Shown here piece by piece: positions 61,796 through 64,000 of a stretch of 64,000 bases of DNA; position 1 is the stretch's first letter, and every line of letters begins with the position of its first letter. Source of the DNA: Priapulus caudatus (taxonomy: Eukaryota); NCBI RefSeq assembly GCF_000485595.1, contig NW_014577073.1, forward strand, positions 301,111 to 365,110, given 5' to 3'. The translations under genes and the position numbers were made by a program. A model generated the notes under the pieces. It was given only the letters and a program-made list of their open reading frames with translations. It did no database searches and was not told where the DNA came from.

Positions 61796-62641
61796 CACAG
61801 GCACTTGGAACGTCTCAATAAAAAAAAAGAAGGTAAATAAACACAAAATATATTTACTACCAAAGTCTTAATGTTTCTCTACTCTATTTCTCCTATAATC
61901 ACCTGTAAATGCCGGTCAAATGCTGATCTGCAACACACAATTGCCAAAATTCGCTCGATGCTCGCTTGATTTCATACACGGATATCGAAATCGCACAAAG
62001 CCTGACGAAATTCTCGCGTTCGCTCCTGTTGCGCAGTTTATGTAAATGGCTGCAAGTACTGGGCTATAGGCGGCGCACTGCATTTTGGGAAACTACCACT
62101 CTGCTTTCCAACTCCCGTGTGAGCCTCGTCAAAGCCGCCAGTGGAGCGTTGCAAAAATGCTGCAGCGTTGCAGCGCAAAAATGAGGTCACGAAGAGCGCC
62201 GGTGGGTGTTTTCTGATTCCGACAGACATTTACATAAACTGCGCAATGGGAGCGAACGCGAGAATTTCATCAGGCTTTGTGTGATTTCGCGTGACACAGC
62301 TCGGTTAGGAACACAGACAGTATGTTTTTATAACAAGTGAACACTGTTCTTTAAATAGAAACAAAGATGGAGTAGAATGGTTGAATATTTGTGTTGTATT
62401 TGTATGAAATCAAGCGAGTGTCGAGCGAATTTTGGCAGCACGCTTTCCTACCTGCTATATATTTATGTGTCAGTGTGCAGCAGCTAGCGTGCGGTGTACT
62501 TGTGTGTTGCAGATGAGCATTTACAGGAAATTGTCGGCAATAATAGGTGAAAGAGAGTAGAGAAACATTAAGACTTTGGTAGTAAATAGATTTTGTATTT
62601 ATTTAGTATTATATTTTATTGAAACGCTCCAAGTGCCTGTG
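61796..62641. mobile_element. 846-bp non-autonomous DNA transposon with long imperfect TIRs and a perfect 8-bp TSD (GCCGCGGA)
   Basis: gccgcgga|cacaggcacttgga...tccaagtgcctgtg|gccgcgga; inverted similarity extends about 250 bp inward. An 8-bp TSD fits the hAT or P superfamilies. Confidence 0.88.
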
Positions 62642-63892
62642 GCCGCGGACACAAGGTTTACACGAGAGACTGTCATAACTTACGAGGATAACGCTGTGAC
62701 GGTGTGCTGTCTGAAAGGATGTGCTGGCTATCGTGGTGTTCGTAGCAAAGTAGGCAGATATGTAGCGAATGAGTCTGCAAGATGTCTAATTCTTCTGCTT
62801 TCTACCCGAGCAAGAGATTTTATACCCAATCTAGAGATCCCGTCTACCTATTGTTTATCGTCAACCCCGCTGGAGCGCAACCGCCTGTAATTGGTTATCG
62901 CTTTGAAATGGCTAGTCACATGGTGACGATTACACAGCTGGGCATGTACCCAAAATAGAACAATAGAATAGTTGTGGTTCTACCCTTTTCCCCAGCTAAT
63001 TGCTTACTGTGTAATTCGGCGGTGTTACACAATGGTACAAACTGAAACTGTTGCAAGTACAAATAAAAACTTCAAATCCCCTACTCCTAATAGTACTTAC
63101 AAGTGTAATGCCTGCCATATATTGATTTTGTATTCATGACACTAATGTTATTGAATTAGCGATTTGGATATTACTCCGATACTACTAAAATCTTAAAGCG
63201 AGGATTTCTCAGACTCATGTTTTTACTAACCATTTTCAGAATCACATTTTTTCAACCGTTTTGATACTTACCAGTACTCCTTGCATAACATCAAATGCAT
63301 ATGATATAGTTAGGCTAACATGTCATAGAACAACATTCTTTCCACCATTGCCATTGGCACCAATAATGTGCACTGATCTATATTTAAAATGAGATTGTTT
63401 ACATATATATGTCAACAAACCTAGCATGTTAGTTTTGCTCTCGCGAGACCGAAACGCTGTCTCTACACTAGGTTAATTACCTTTGTATACATTTCTAGAT
63501 ATGTACTACACTGTACTAGTCTATAATTTATAAATAATTGCGTCACATAACTGCATGCACTTGTTTTGTGGGATAGTTTGAACATTCCATTATCGCGAAT
63601 CTGAACAGAAGGTAGTGAGCTTGCTGTTCATTTATTGTTTTATAGCCTATAACAGCAGGAACTTGTAATAATTTTTATGCTGATGTAATCAGTAATATGT
63701 ACAGTGACAGATGAGTCTAAATTTCTCTCCATTTATTAAATTCTCGATTTCCTTGTGAGATGATCGTTTTAATACACCACGGTAGCCACTTTCACGGTAT
63801 TACTAGATTTATAACTATAGTTTATTATCTGGTATTGGGTTTTGGTTTAAAATTTTTGTGCAAACAGACTAAACACTGTGGATGTCTTACAG

Positions 63893-63953
63893 GTATTGAA
63901 GAGGCTAAAGCAAAGGGAGCATCTTACAGATTGGGTCCAGAACTAGAAATACC
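63893..63953 (+). CDS. NADSYN1: NAD+ synthetase coding exon 2 (SIEEAKAKGASYRLGPELEIP); the gene continues past the window
   Basis: ttacag/gtaagt boundaries; phase 1 joins exon 1; conserved GA.YRLGPELEI. Confidence 0.93.
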
Positions 63954-64000
63954 GTAAGTTGGTTACAAGACCACAGAGAGAGCTTGGTTGTCTAGTAATT

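Overview
Eukaryotic (animal, probably invertebrate) genomic DNA with GT-AG introns, microsatellites and three N gaps; no prokaryotic features. Most of the window (5022-56446, + strand) is a multi-exon Girdin/Daple (CCDC88 family) gene. It runs from the end of the Hook domain through a long coiled coil to a C-terminal SVWYEYGCV PDZ-binding motif; the first exons are upstream of the window or not recognisable. About 16 kb of the gene is present twice in tandem (11521-27517 and 27543-43670) around a 25-N gap. Indel density rises toward that gap, so this is most likely an assembly artefact (probably two haplotypes), not a real duplication. Downstream are the first two coding exons of glutamine-dependent NAD+ synthetase (NADSYN1; 61251-61335 and 63893-63953). 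Several non-autonomous DNA transposons with clear inverted repeats are present, including a foldback-like element built from palindromic 30-mers. The most unusual biological signal is that many tandem repeats here are built from the gene's own splice sites or branch-point-like motifs, creating runs of decoy donors and acceptors. There are also candidate frame-preserving microexons. I found no convincing evidence for a novel multi-gene system.
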